From the IMG/VR virus record IMGVR_UViG_3300045821_000004, positions 1 through 48,105 of that record: DNA of 48,105 nucleotides; one strand, 5' to 3'. Made by a program: the position numbers and the translations under genes. The notes beneath the pieces were generated by a model. That model saw nothing but the letters and a program-made list of their open reading frames with translations. It was not told the DNA's origin and ran no database searches. Position 1 is the stretch's first letter. Every line of letters begins with the position of its first letter. Origin of the DNA: a virus (lineage: Duplodnaviria > Caudoviricetes). Below are positions 1-8,315 of the stretch, in pieces.

Positions 1-32
1 ATTGCTATTGAGGAGAACTTCTCTCCAGAACG

Positions 33-159
33 ATTAGGACTACTTGGGGCTGCTGCTTCCACTGGACTCCTCGCTTTCTGCTTTGTCTGTTTACCTAATC
101 GTTCTGGAGAGAAGTTCTCCTCAATAGCAATGTCCAACTCACTAAGAAATTCTGTACCT
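33..159. repeat. Terminal direct repeat, copy 1 (identical to 47979-48105); circular assembly overlap
   Basis: 127-nt exact match with the last 127 nt of the window; falls inside a gene that is only intact when the ends are joined. Confidence 0.95.
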
Positions 160-743
160 GTGAGCCAGGGCTTACTACGTTTAATATCTTCTGCAATGAC
201 ATTGGCTGCTGCTGCCATACGAATATCATTACTATACCATTTGTTCTTGTCTACCCATGCAGCAATCTCAGGGTCTACATGTTCTTGTGGGGGAGGAGTC
301 TCTTTAGACTCTTGTTTAGCCGATGCCTTTTCTTCTTTTATGGCATCAATCTTATCGTCAATGGCTACAGCACGTTCACCATCCCCTTGTGTAATAGCTA
401 GTTTCTTTTCTTCACGAAGAGACTTAAGTTCTGTTTCCAGTTGTTGAGCCTTACGATCATAAGACTCCTTCTGAAACTTCTTGAACTCTTCTGTAGCTTT
501 ACGAAGCTCTGCTACTTCTTTCTTCTGCTTTTCTATTTCATGCAGAAGACGTTCATTGTTCTTTTTAAGAATAGGATTGATCTGTTCTCCTCGTTGGACA
601 AATGCTTTAGCATCTACCCACGATTCTTCATCTCCCCTATACTTTTCTTTTGGAACCCAACCCTGAAGCTCTGCTTCAGATGTATAGTTGCGTTCAACTA
701 CTACTGGTTCTACAACTGTGTCTACAACTGGTTCATTGTCCAC
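33..743 (-). CDS. Capsid scaffolding protein, 5' part (continues across the junction to stop at 47859; ~276 aa)
   Basis: Not in ORF track. GAGGAGG RBS then GTG at 743; reads MDNEPVV...QGWVPKEKYRGDEESWVDAKAFVQRGE...; coiled-coil; joins in frame with ORF 47859..48083; lies between portal/GroES and capsid genes. Confidence 0.75.
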
Positions 744-1062
744 GTCCAACCTCCTCATCTACTACACTTACTATATCTAGGTCATTAACAGTACGGTATG
801 TAACTCCATCTTTACCTTCTGATATTGTTCCAGAGTACTTTGCAAATGCTACTCTGTTTCCTATCTTACACCAAGGCTTTGGTTGGTCAGCATAACAAGT
901 ATTTCCCATTGCTATCACAGTACCATAACTCTGTGCTAGTGCTTCACGGGCTTCCTGTGCTGCTGTTGTTACTATAATACCTGATGCTGTCTTTGTTTCT
1001 ATCTGGTCAGGTTTGAGAAGAACTCGATGACCAACTGGTTGTATACCACTAGAATTTTTCAA
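733..1062 (-). CDS. groES: Co-chaperonin GroES (Cpn10)-like protein
   Basis: IQPVGHRVLLKP..KTASGII..GTVIAMG..KIGNRVAFAKYSG..YRTVNDLDIV matches the Cpn10 pattern. Confidence 0.9.
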   Translation of the reverse strand: MKNSSGIQPVGHRVLLKPDQIETKTASGIIVTTAAQEAREALAQSYGTVIAMGNTCYADQPKPWCKIGNRVAFAKYSGTISEGKDGVTYRTVNDLDIVSVVDEEVGRGQ

Positions 1063-1267
1063 TCATTATCTCCTGAAGTGTTTCATAGTTTAAGTAAATC
1101 AAATCTTGCAACAACTGCGCCTTACCTTCTGCCTTCCCTACTTCTTCATAACATCCTCGGATATGTTCTTCTTTTAAAACTTCACGAGCATTCCTTAGAG
1201 CCTTGAAGAAGTATTTCGTAGAGGGGTTTTCTTTCCACTCTAAGAACTCTTCTTTAGTCAGAACCAT
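1049..1267 (-). CDS. Small hypothetical protein downstream of portal
   Basis: 72-aa ORF overlapping both neighbours in the operon. Confidence 0.7.
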   Translation of the reverse strand: MVLTKEEFLEWKENPSTKYFFKALRNAREVLKEEHIRGCYEEVGKAEGKAQLLQDLIYLNYETLQEIMIEKF

Positions 1268-3266
1268 TATCTTTGTTATCTTCCTTAGCTTGTGCTATTT
1301 CATGCAACAGTTTAGCTACTTCAAGCAAATGGTCTTGATGAGCTTTCTGAGCACCTATCTGTGCATTTATCGCAGCTATCTGAACCTTTGCACTCTCTGA
1401 GTCTGCTTCTTCTAATAGTTTAAGAGCTTCAGCTTGCAGCTTGTCAATCTTGGCTTGGGACTCCTTAGCTACTATTTCCAACTTAGCAGACTCTATTGCT
1501 GCCTTCATCTGTACTTCTTTAAGTTTACCTTGAACCTTAATTTGTGCTTCTTGTATCTTAGGTAAGATAGGAGGTGGTTTAAAGTCAGGACTTTGTGGGT
1601 CAGGTAACAACCGTACAAGTTCTTCTTCTGGTATCTTCCATGAACGAAGAAGATAGAGTTCTACTTCCCTAATATTATACCCAAGCATAGGATTGGCTCT
1701 TTGCATAACCATATTAGCTTGTGTAAGCTTCTGGCTATCTGTTACCATATTAGGGTCAGCAGCAGGACGTATGTTCTTACTATCTGCTGTGTAGTCTTCT
1801 GGTAATACTACCAAGTCACCAAGGTCCAACCTCTTATCAAAGTAAAGTTGGTTGAGTCTATACAACTTCCTGAACTCTTCTTTAAGACTACGGTAGGTAC
1901 GCTTAAAGATACCACTGAATATCTTCTGTCCTTGTTCTGCCATTGTCCTGCTAGTCTCAGCAGGAGTATTCTGTCCTGGATTCTCTCCTACAAGAATGTC
2001 AACACTACCACCAATACGCTCACCATAATTGATAAGTAGAGACAGAAGCGTGAAGAGGACTTGACTCGGTTCGCGTACAGGTAGAGGGAAAATGCCTTTG
2101 CGAAGGTCGTCGCCTGTTGTATCGACGGGCTTATACTCCCCTGGGGTAAAACCCATTGTCCCTCCACGAAGTTTAATTCCCCTCGCAAGGAATCCACCTC
2201 CTGTATTAGACATCGTTCCAGCATCAATGAGTTGGTTGATAAGAGTATTAATTGACTCATTAAGAGGACCGAGCAAGCTACCAAAACCCAAATCATAGAA
2301 GCCTCCGTCTGGACTAGGTATCATAGGATACTTAGTAAAGTAGTTCTCAGCAGTAATGCTAAGTATGTCTTCACCTTTAAACTTTACACTATTAGGGAAG
2401 AACCTAGCCACTAACCTTAATACTTGTTTACTGTCTCTGTCTACAACAACTATGTAGGGCTCTTGATAACCGTCACCATCAAGGTCAATAGAACGATGTT
2501 GTTCTATAAGTTCTTGCGGGCGGTCTTCATCATTCTCTTGTGGTTCAGATAGTCCTTGTGCCTTGTCCTTAGCTTGAGTAAGGCCGTCTTGCATCTGTCT
2601 CTTAGTATTATCCAGCTCTACATCACGATAGACACCATTCAATACTCTAGTATATATATCATTCTTAGATAGATAAAGTACATGCGATATACGTGATGCA
2701 GTTTCCAAAGACTTAGTGTAGTAGTCCACAACCAAATCTTTAGCAAGAATGTTCTCAGATATGTTATGATTCTTAACAACGTCATAGTAGGTCTTCTTGA
2801 AGGCACAACCAATGATGGGTTGGGTTATTAAGACCTTATCCATCTGGTCTTCCCAGTTTTCATCTTCCTCAAGAACCTGATATGACATATGCCGTTCTAC
2901 ACGACGAGCCCTATTTCTCTCTTCTCCTTGCTTGTCGTCACCAATGGTGCGAACTTTAACAACTTGTGTTCCCGAAATAAGAGCAGGATATGCACGAGCA
3001 TGATATTGTAATGCTGCTATAGTAATTAAAGGAAACTTAACATTGGAAGCATTAGGCCAGGGAAAACTCTTTTCCTCCATTACCTGAAGAGCCAACTTCA
3101 TGGCATCCTCTGTACGCTTCTCCCAATCATAACGAGAACGCTTGTCATCCTCAAAGGTCTTTACTACATCTCTACCAAGAGAATCCAAATCATGCTCAGA
3201 GAGTTTCTCAGCAAGGTTGTCTGATGCAAGTATCTCTGCAAGTTTGAATGTACTTTTAAGTTCCAT
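1254..3266 (-). CDS. Portal protein
   Basis: 670 aa, follows TerL; PWPNASNVKFPLI, DLDGDGYQEPYIV, GFYDLGFG, LINQLIDAGT motifs; C-terminal coiled coil. Confidence 0.9.
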   Translation of the reverse strand: MELKSTFKLAEILASDNLAEKLSEHDLDSLGRDVVKTFEDDKRSRYDWEKRTEDAMKLALQVMEEKSFPWPNASNVKFPLITIAALQYHARAYPALISGTQVVKVRTIGDDKQGEERNRARRVERHMSYQVLEEDENWEDQMDKVLITQPIIGCAFKKTYYDVVKNHNISENILAKDLVVDYYTKSLETASRISHVLYLSKNDIYTRVLNGVYRDVELDNTKRQMQDGLTQAKDKAQGLSEPQENDEDRPQELIEQHRSIDLDGDGYQEPYIVVVDRDSKQVLRLVARFFPNSVKFKGEDILSITAENYFTKYPMIPSPDGGFYDLGFGSLLGPLNESINTLINQLIDAGTMSNTGGGFLARGIKLRGGTMGFTPGEYKPVDTTGDDLRKGIFPLPVREPSQVLFTLLSLLINYGERIGGSVDILVGENPGQNTPAETSRTMAEQGQKIFSGIFKRTYRSLKEEFRKLYRLNQLYFDKRLDLGDLVVLPEDYTADSKNIRPAADPNMVTDSQKLTQANMVMQRANPMLGYNIREVELYLLRSWKIPEEELVRLLPDPQSPDFKPPPILPKIQEAQIKVQGKLKEVQMKAAIESAKLEIVAKESQAKIDKLQAEALKLLEEADSESAKVQIAAINAQIGAQKAHQDHLLEVAKLLHEIAQAKEDNKDNGSD

Positions 3267-3700
3267 TAATGGCCTATGGGTTGTATTTGTTTGATTGACT
3301 CATCTTTATATATAATACCTTTAGAGTCTTGTAACTTCCACCCGACTTTATCATCACCCATCCATTTAGGAGCATCCTTATTAGCCCATTGACTCTCATT
3401 TGAGAATGTTTCATGATAAGGTGTCTTCCAATAATCAGGATAATGAATCTGACTATCTGAAGGGTTAATAGCTGACTTTGCTTTAGGGTCTCCAGATTGT
3501 AATGCTTTGTAGAAACCTCTTAGGTCATAATCTGGGAAAGTATCATTAGGATTAAAAGGAACTTTGTTCTCCTGTACCCATTTCTGAAACTTCTCTTCCT
3601 CCTTCTCAGATAAAGAAGTAAGTTCAAACCTCCCTTTAGAAAAGGGTAGATTACGTTTAAATAATCCCTCTCTCATTTGTCTGTATTCTTCTTCATCCAT
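3266..3700 (-). CDS. Hypothetical protein between terL and portal
   Basis: 144-aa ORF coupled to portal (TAATG); motifs DYDLRGFYK and HYPDYWKTPYHETFSNESQW. Confidence 0.7.
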   Translation of the reverse strand: MDEEEYRQMREGLFKRNLPFSKGRFELTSLSEKEEEKFQKWVQENKVPFNPNDTFPDYDLRGFYKALQSGDPKAKSAINPSDSQIHYPDYWKTPYHETFSNESQWANKDAPKWMGDDKVGWKLQDSKGIIYKDESIKQIQPIGH

Positions 3701-3703
3701 AAC

Positions 3704-5209
3704 TTAATATCCACAGACTAGGCTTCTTCCAGACTCTTGGTCTTTAATCATAAATTGATATTCTTCCTCTTCATCCTCTTCTCTAGAGGAGGCCACTATA
3801 ACCCTGTCAAAGGTTATACCAAGCCAAGAAAGAGCATCTACTGTGTCGTCGTGCCTTGCTTTAGGAAACCTGACAAACTCATCTTCAAGGTCAGAATACC
3901 AACCAGCACTCTTATTAAACTTAATGCCACCTGCACGAATACGAGCCTGAATACCACGAGCCCTTGTTGTCTTATCCTTGTTCGCTGTAGAAAGTTCAAA
4001 ATGTAAATAGTTGTTCCGTGTTATCATCTCGGCTCGTAACACTGGGCCTAGACTCTTCTCAATGGTTCCACGTTCCATTGCAAACCATTCTGGTTTGTAT
4101 ATTGTATTTATAGCAAAGAACTCTTCAATAATTTCCATTGAGTCCATACGAGCTTTACGGACTTCAACCACATTAAGAATTCCCTTATCGTCAACTGCGG
4201 CAATAACAAATGCTGTGTAATCACTCCTATCCGCAGTACTAACAGCAAGATCACAGCCCACATAATAATTGACATTTACTTTGTCATCCTCGATGTCCTT
4301 AAGCATATCATCGCGTATCTCCAGGAAATCCTGTCTCTTGAAGAAAGCAGTGGACTCGTCGATAGGATAGTTAAGATATTCCTGAGCATATACTTCTGGC
4401 AATCCTTGTTCTGTTAAGTCTTCTCTCTTGTCTTTGAACCATTGAGCATCATACATCTCAGGCCAAAGTATTGCAGAGAAGTCTTCATTGTGTGCTTTAT
4501 ATCTTACTGCCTTCCAGACTACATTGCGTCTACGACTATAAGTCTTTAAAGGTTCCTGTACTGTCAGTGGGTCACTATCCTCAGGCAATAAGCGATTGAG
4601 CAAGCTATCGAGATGAAGCACAGTACCAACAATCCGTACAATGCCATGCTTAGCACGACAAGGAAGCAGAGCAGCATTAAACCATCTACGAAACTTCTCT
4701 CTGCGTTCTTTGTTGTAGACAAGTTCCTCGTTCTCAAGGTCATCGCATACAATAAGATCAGGGCGAAGCTGATTCCACTTAAGACCACGTACTCGTTGCT
4801 CTGCACCACGGACCAATATTCTGAAAGTATGCCCATCTGACATCTCCACTATAATGTCGGTTTCAGTTTCCTTCTTGAAACCTTTTATCTGGAACAGGTC
4901 AATGAGGTCTTCGTTGTCCTTAAGGTCTTGTTTAATATCATTAAGAAAGTTTACTGCCTGTGTTTCTGTATCACTTACAATTAAAATAAAATGACGAGCC
5001 CTGAACAAAGCGTTAGCAAGGATGTAAGCATGAGAGCACGTGGTACTCTTACCATGACCTCTGGGAGCTGCAACAGCGACCAAAGGATGCTCACTACAAA
5101 ATAAGTCCCATAGCTCAAGGTGGAATGGAGGAGTGTTGACAGCATTGTCATATCTCTTACTAAGTATGCTTCCAGCAAATCCATATATAAGTTGACTTGT
5201 CAGTTTCAT
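3704..5209 (-). CDS. terL: Terminase large subunit
   Basis: Walker A APRGHGKST, Walker B LIVCDDLEN, RNase H-fold nuclease acidic motifs GCDLAVS..DYTA..HDDTVDAL. Confidence 0.95.
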   Translation of the reverse strand: MKLTSQLIYGFAGSILSKRYDNAVNTPPFHLELWDLFCSEHPLVAVAAPRGHGKSTTCSHAYILANALFRARHFILIVSDTETQAVNFLNDIKQDLKDNEDLIDLFQIKGFKKETETDIIVEMSDGHTFRILVRGAEQRVRGLKWNQLRPDLIVCDDLENEELVYNKERREKFRRWFNAALLPCRAKHGIVRIVGTVLHLDSLLNRLLPEDSDPLTVQEPLKTYSRRRNVVWKAVRYKAHNEDFSAILWPEMYDAQWFKDKREDLTEQGLPEVYAQEYLNYPIDESTAFFKRQDFLEIRDDMLKDIEDDKVNVNYYVGCDLAVSTADRSDYTAFVIAAVDDKGILNVVEVRKARMDSMEIIEEFFAINTIYKPEWFAMERGTIEKSLGPVLRAEMITRNNYLHFELSTANKDKTTRARGIQARIRAGGIKFNKSAGWYSDLEDEFVRFPKARHDDTVDALSWLGITFDRVIVASSREEDEEEEYQFMIKDQESGRSLVCGY

Positions 5210-5213
5210 TAGT

Positions 5214-5285
5214 TGGTTGCAAGGGATGGAGTCGAACCATCTAAAGCTGGCTTATGAGACCTGCCTGAATCCAATTCTCCTTGCC
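5214..5285 (-). tRNA. Atypical tRNA with CAT anticodon (Met or Ile2) and minimal D-arm
   Basis: Minus strand GGCAAGG-A-GAAT TGG ATTC-AG-GCAGGT CTCATAA GCCAGC-TTTA-GATGG TTCGACT CCATC-CCTTGCA-ACCA: acceptor stem, canonical T-arm, 7-nt anticodon loop, encoded CCA. Confidence 0.8.
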
Positions 5286-5545
5286 TATGTATGTTTCTTT
5301 TGCTTCTCGCCTTTTACGTGTCCATTGTCCGATCTATTAGCTTTAACAGACCGTATGCGAGTATTACTAAGACTGCTACTACCACCAGAACGTAAAGGGG
5401 ATTTGTGGTCCACATCCATTCCAGACTGTCCTTTAGCTCTTGAAGCCTTGTTCCTAGCAGCCCTTTCCTTTTTATCAGCAGGACTAGAATGATGAGCTTT
5501 ATACTCAGCCTTGTAATCTCTTTTGTACCCGGGAGAGGAAGGCAT
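5285..5545 (-). CDS. Small HNH endonuclease-like protein (terminase-associated)
   Basis: DVDHKSPLRSGG..SN..NRSDN HNH signature; upstream of terL. Confidence 0.75.
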   Translation of the reverse strand: MPSSPGYKRDYKAEYKAHHSSPADKKERAARNKASRAKGQSGMDVDHKSPLRSGGSSSLSNTRIRSVKANRSDNGHVKGEKQKKHT

Positions 5546-5733
5546 TACTCAGAGAGATGCTTTGTAACAATGTTGAACCACACCTTGATGGATTCAATGT
5601 CCTGATTGATGACAGAGGTTTGACTAGCTCCCTGAAGGGTATCAAGGTCAGACTGCAACTCTGCTATTTCCTTAGCAGAGTTGGCTTGGACAGCAGCTAT
5701 TTTCTGGTTGATGGTTTCTACGAGTGTTGTCAT
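5545..5733 (-). CDS. Small coiled-coil hypothetical protein (62 aa)
   Basis: Start reassigned to ATG 5733 (AAGGA RBS; preceding gene stops at 5735); MTTLVETINQKIAAVQ... Confidence 0.6.
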   Translation of the reverse strand: MTTLVETINQKIAAVQANSAKEIAELQSDLDTLQGASQTSVINQDIESIKVWFNIVTKHLSE

Positions 5734-5734
5734 T

Positions 5735-5908
5735 TTAGGCTGTTCCTTTTTTCTTTCCTGAACGGGGGTGTCCTGTGGCAATGGGTTTGCCACTGTGCTT
5801 GGGTAAACTCTTATGGGCTTTAGCCACATCTTTATTCTGTCCAGCAGCAGCATGTTTTTCTTTCTTGGTCTTGAAGTTCTTTGCTGGGTCTTTAAGAGGT
5901 AGCTTCAT
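5735..5908 (-). CDS. Small Lys/His-rich basic protein (57 aa)
   Basis: Below ORF-track cutoff; AAGGA RBS, MKLPLKDPAKNFKTKKEKHAAAG...GKKKGTA; tiles the gap between neighbours. Confidence 0.55.
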   Translation of the reverse strand: MKLPLKDPAKNFKTKKEKHAAAGQNKDVAKAHKSLPKHSGKPIATGHPRSGKKKGTA

Positions 5909-6491
5909 TGGTTATATCCTTTGCAGAAGAGAAACGTATGAAAGCTTCCTCAAGTTGTTTAAGACGGTCATCAACCATTACTTTGGCTGTGATGGATGTG
6001 GGCTCTCCTCGTGTTACTCTACGCTGATGTGCTAAGCTATCGAAGAGCCCTGCTAGCACTCTAGCCTCTATAGGCTTGCGTGTAATTTGTCCCGTCTTAG
6101 GATTGTAGGTTTGATCTCCATGGTCCAGACGGTCTGTTATCTGTTCTATTGCTTTACCAAGTACTGTGGATATTTGAGAAGAGAGTTTCTCGTTCTGTTC
6201 CACAAACACTTGCTTCTGTATCTCAGTCCACCAAGGTTCATTCTTCCAATCTCTAATGACAGGGATAGGTAGTCCTGTTATCTTGGCTACTTCTTGCAAG
6301 TCTCCATAGACACAATAGAGAGTAGCAGCATTGGTCTTCTCTTCAAGAGAATAGTAGTTGGGATTCTTATTATAACGTGGAGGACGACCTCTTTGTCCAA
6401 GAGTAACTACTTCCTTACCTTCATACTCATAGCCACTCCACTCTTTAGAAGGTAAGCTTTGTGAATCTTTTGTAAGACTATCTAAGAGCAT
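5892..6491 (-). CDS. Putative terminase small subunit
   Basis: First gene of late arm; HTH-like segment (LQEVAKITGLPIPVIRDWK) then helical region; upstream of terL. Confidence 0.65.
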   Translation of the reverse strand: MLLDSLTKDSQSLPSKEWSGYEYEGKEVVTLGQRGRPPRYNKNPNYYSLEEKTNAATLYCVYGDLQEVAKITGLPIPVIRDWKNEPWWTEIQKQVFVEQNEKLSSQISTVLGKAIEQITDRLDHGDQTYNPKTGQITRKPIEARVLAGLFDSLAHQRRVTRGEPTSITAKVMVDDRLKQLEEAFIRFSSAKDITNEATS

Positions 6492-6521
6492 AGGAGTAGA
6501 ATAAATTTCTAGTATACATCT

Positions 6522-6550
6522 ATTATATCACACTTTCATTCTTTTGTCAA
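6522..6550 (-). promoter_or_regulatory. Consensus sigma70 promoter driving the packaging/structural arm
   Basis: Minus strand TTGACA-17 nt-TATAAT, 30 nt upstream of ATG 6491. Confidence 0.9.
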
Positions 6551-6605
6551 GAACTATTTAATATATTTTTTTGAAGACGAATATTTATATTTAAAAAGAC
6601 AGTAG

Positions 6606-6752
6606 TATTATATATATATTATATTATAATAATTATTATATATATATATTATATTAATATAGTTCATTATAGAAAACCCTTTAGGGTTTTCTTTATGAAC
6701 AAGGCTCCTTATAGAAGCTTTACTTTGTTGTAAAGCTTCTTATTAGAGGAGC
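6606..6752. repeat. AT-only tandem tract followed by two long imperfect inverted repeats
   Basis: (TA)n/TATTATATTA tract at 6606-6660; hairpins GTTCAT..AGAAAACCCT/AGGGTTTTCT..ATGAAC (6662-6700) and GCTCCT..AGAAGCTTT/AAAGCTTCT..AGGAGC (6704-6752). Confidence 0.75.
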
Positions 6753-7414
6753 TATATTATAATATTATAGAACACTATAAAAATATATACGCGAGGTGTG
6801 CTCTTGTTTTATACACCGAGCCTCTACCCTATCAATAGCCCTAGGAGCTCTTTTAAGGGCCCTTAGTGACATCTTCTTACATCAGGGGCTACAAGGGTAG
6901 CCAAGAGCTACCCCTAAGCCCTTTAAACAGCCTCTAATAAAATCTACACACATGGGAAAAGTTATAAAAATATAGAATGGTGTGACACACAGATTATAGA
7001 GTCTTTTTAATTTCCCCTCCCCCTGTCATAGAATAATTATAGAAAGAGAGCCCAGAGGATTGATTAATATAGCTTTATTGGGTTGTAATGAGGTGCATTA
7101 CACCTCTCTATCTACTCAATAACTTATGCAATAGCTTATCTCTCTACTATCTACTGAAAAGCAAAACCACCTGCTGACGCGACCCTGAGGGTCTTGTCCT
7201 ACATTGCATGTAGCCGCTTTTAAAGTATCAAAAGCACACGTCTAGCGGTGTACAGGATTTGTCTGCTGTAGCAGTCTTCTTCTTCAGAGCTATTCTTCAT
7301 ATTTATTTAAGCAAATTGCTGTTCCACTGTTGGCATACCCCTCGCCAACAGCGGGCAATTTGTCCGTTTGTATTCAGAACCGCTGCCCGCTTAGGCGGGG
7401 ATGTCTTTCGTCTG

Positions 7415-7698
7415 TGTTCGCTGTTAACCGCCACAAAAGCGTGGCGGGCGAACAGGAAGAACGATGTTCTTCCGGTAATACCACAGACTCAGAACACACA
7501 CACACATATTCGCTGTCGCATTATACGCTAAAACCGCCCACTCCTTAATAAAGAACGATAAGATTTACTCACACAAGGAATGCGGCAAGCCGCATGACAT
7601 TTTAATTTTGGGTTGTGTAAATCAAGCCATCGCCGCCACAAAAGCGTGGCGGTGGAATCAGCCGCTGTTAACCCCGCCAAAAGCGGCGGGGGCGGCTG
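7415..7698. repeat. Three GC-rich hairpins with identical AAAAGC loop (7415-7454, 7633-7652, 7659-7698)
   Basis: Two copies have 7-bp stem + TGTTAA bulge + 7-bp stem + AAAAGC loop with different stem sequences; the third has inner stem and loop only. Confidence 0.85.
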
Positions 7699-7706
7699 TT
7701 CCATTC

Positions 7707-7735
7707 TTGATTAGTGGGCAGTTGTATCGTATAAA
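7707..7735 (+). promoter_or_regulatory. Probable early sigma70 promoter
   Basis: TTGATT-17 nt-TATAAA, 70 nt upstream of the first early ATG. Confidence 0.55.
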
Positions 7736-7804
7736 GCGCCAATGCGCGCGATTATGTGCGTATGTGTTTCATTGTTTTCTTAAACCAAACAAAAGGAGAA
7801 TAAC

Positions 7805-7966
7805 ATGAGCTTTAAACTTACACTGGAAGAATGGTTCCGCTATTGGGTAAATGGCAACTATCAAGGACAAGAAGCCGAAGAAGTTCTTAACCATTGGGTA
7901 CAGTCAGGAAATTATCCGCAAGAGTTTCTTGATTGGTACAACAGTCCTGATGAAAAGCCTGAGTAG
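7805..7966 (+). CDS. Small acidic Trp-rich early protein (53 aa)
   Basis: AAGGAG RBS; MSFKLTLEEWFRYWVNGNYQGQEAEEVLNHWVQSGNYPQEFLDWYNSPDEKPE. Confidence 0.7.
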   Translation: MSFKLTLEEWFRYWVNGNYQGQEAEEVLNHWVQSGNYPQEFLDWYNSPDEKPE

Positions 7967-8022
7967 ACTATCGGGGCGTTGTGTTGCAGTAGCAACGCCC
8001 CTCTTAAGAGAGAGGAAATAAA

Positions 8023-8133
8023 ATGGATAGTGCTTGGATTGATACCCTATTCACAATAGGGTATGCAGTAGGAGTAGTTGGGCTATTTTGGGGATTCGCC
8101 CTCCTCTATGAAGCATATGATGAAAGGAACTAG
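8023..8133 (+). CDS. Small single-TM early protein (36 aa)
   Basis: GAGG RBS; hydrophobic stretch LFTIGYAVGVVGLFWGFALLY. Confidence 0.55.
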   Translation: MDSAWIDTLFTIGYAVGVVGLFWGFALLYEAYDERN

Positions 8134-8135
8134 AA

Positions 8136-8306
8136 ATGGATACTCTAACACAAAAGCAAGAACACCTCCGTTCTTTAACACAGAAACTGTACAAATTGAA
8201 CCTTAGGTTTCATCCTACCTATTGGAAGAAAGCAACAGAACATATAAAACCGGGTTCACCGCATCACCTAGCAGCAGTTCCAAACATATTCCCATCTTAC
8301 AATTAG
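8136..8306 (+). CDS. Small early hypothetical protein (56 aa)
   Basis: AAGGA RBS; MDTLTQKQEHLRSLTQKLYKL...; tiles the operon. Confidence 0.55.
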   Translation: MDTLTQKQEHLRSLTQKLYKLNLRFHPTYWKKATEHIKPGSPHHLAAVPNIFPSYN

Positions 8307-8315
8307 GAGAATATA

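Noticed and set aside
1-131. Perfect 38-nt inverted repeat (1-38 vs 94-131) suggesting a hairpin telomere or terminal IR
   Set aside because: The other genome copy (47941-47978) has different, in-frame scaffold sequence at this point. Bases 1-32 are best explained as a fold-back chimeric read at the contig tip.
5545-5853. 102-aa ORF as listed in the track
   Set aside because: Better explained as two genes (5735..5908 and 5545..5733), each with its own RBS.
7415-7698. Hairpin repeats as a CRISPR mini-array
   Set aside because: Repeats differ in stem sequence, spacing is irregular (about 180 nt and 6 nt) and no cas genes are present.
7259-7808. ORFs of 66-90 aa in the hairpin region
   Set aside because: TTG starts without RBS, atypical composition, and they overlap the structured repeats.
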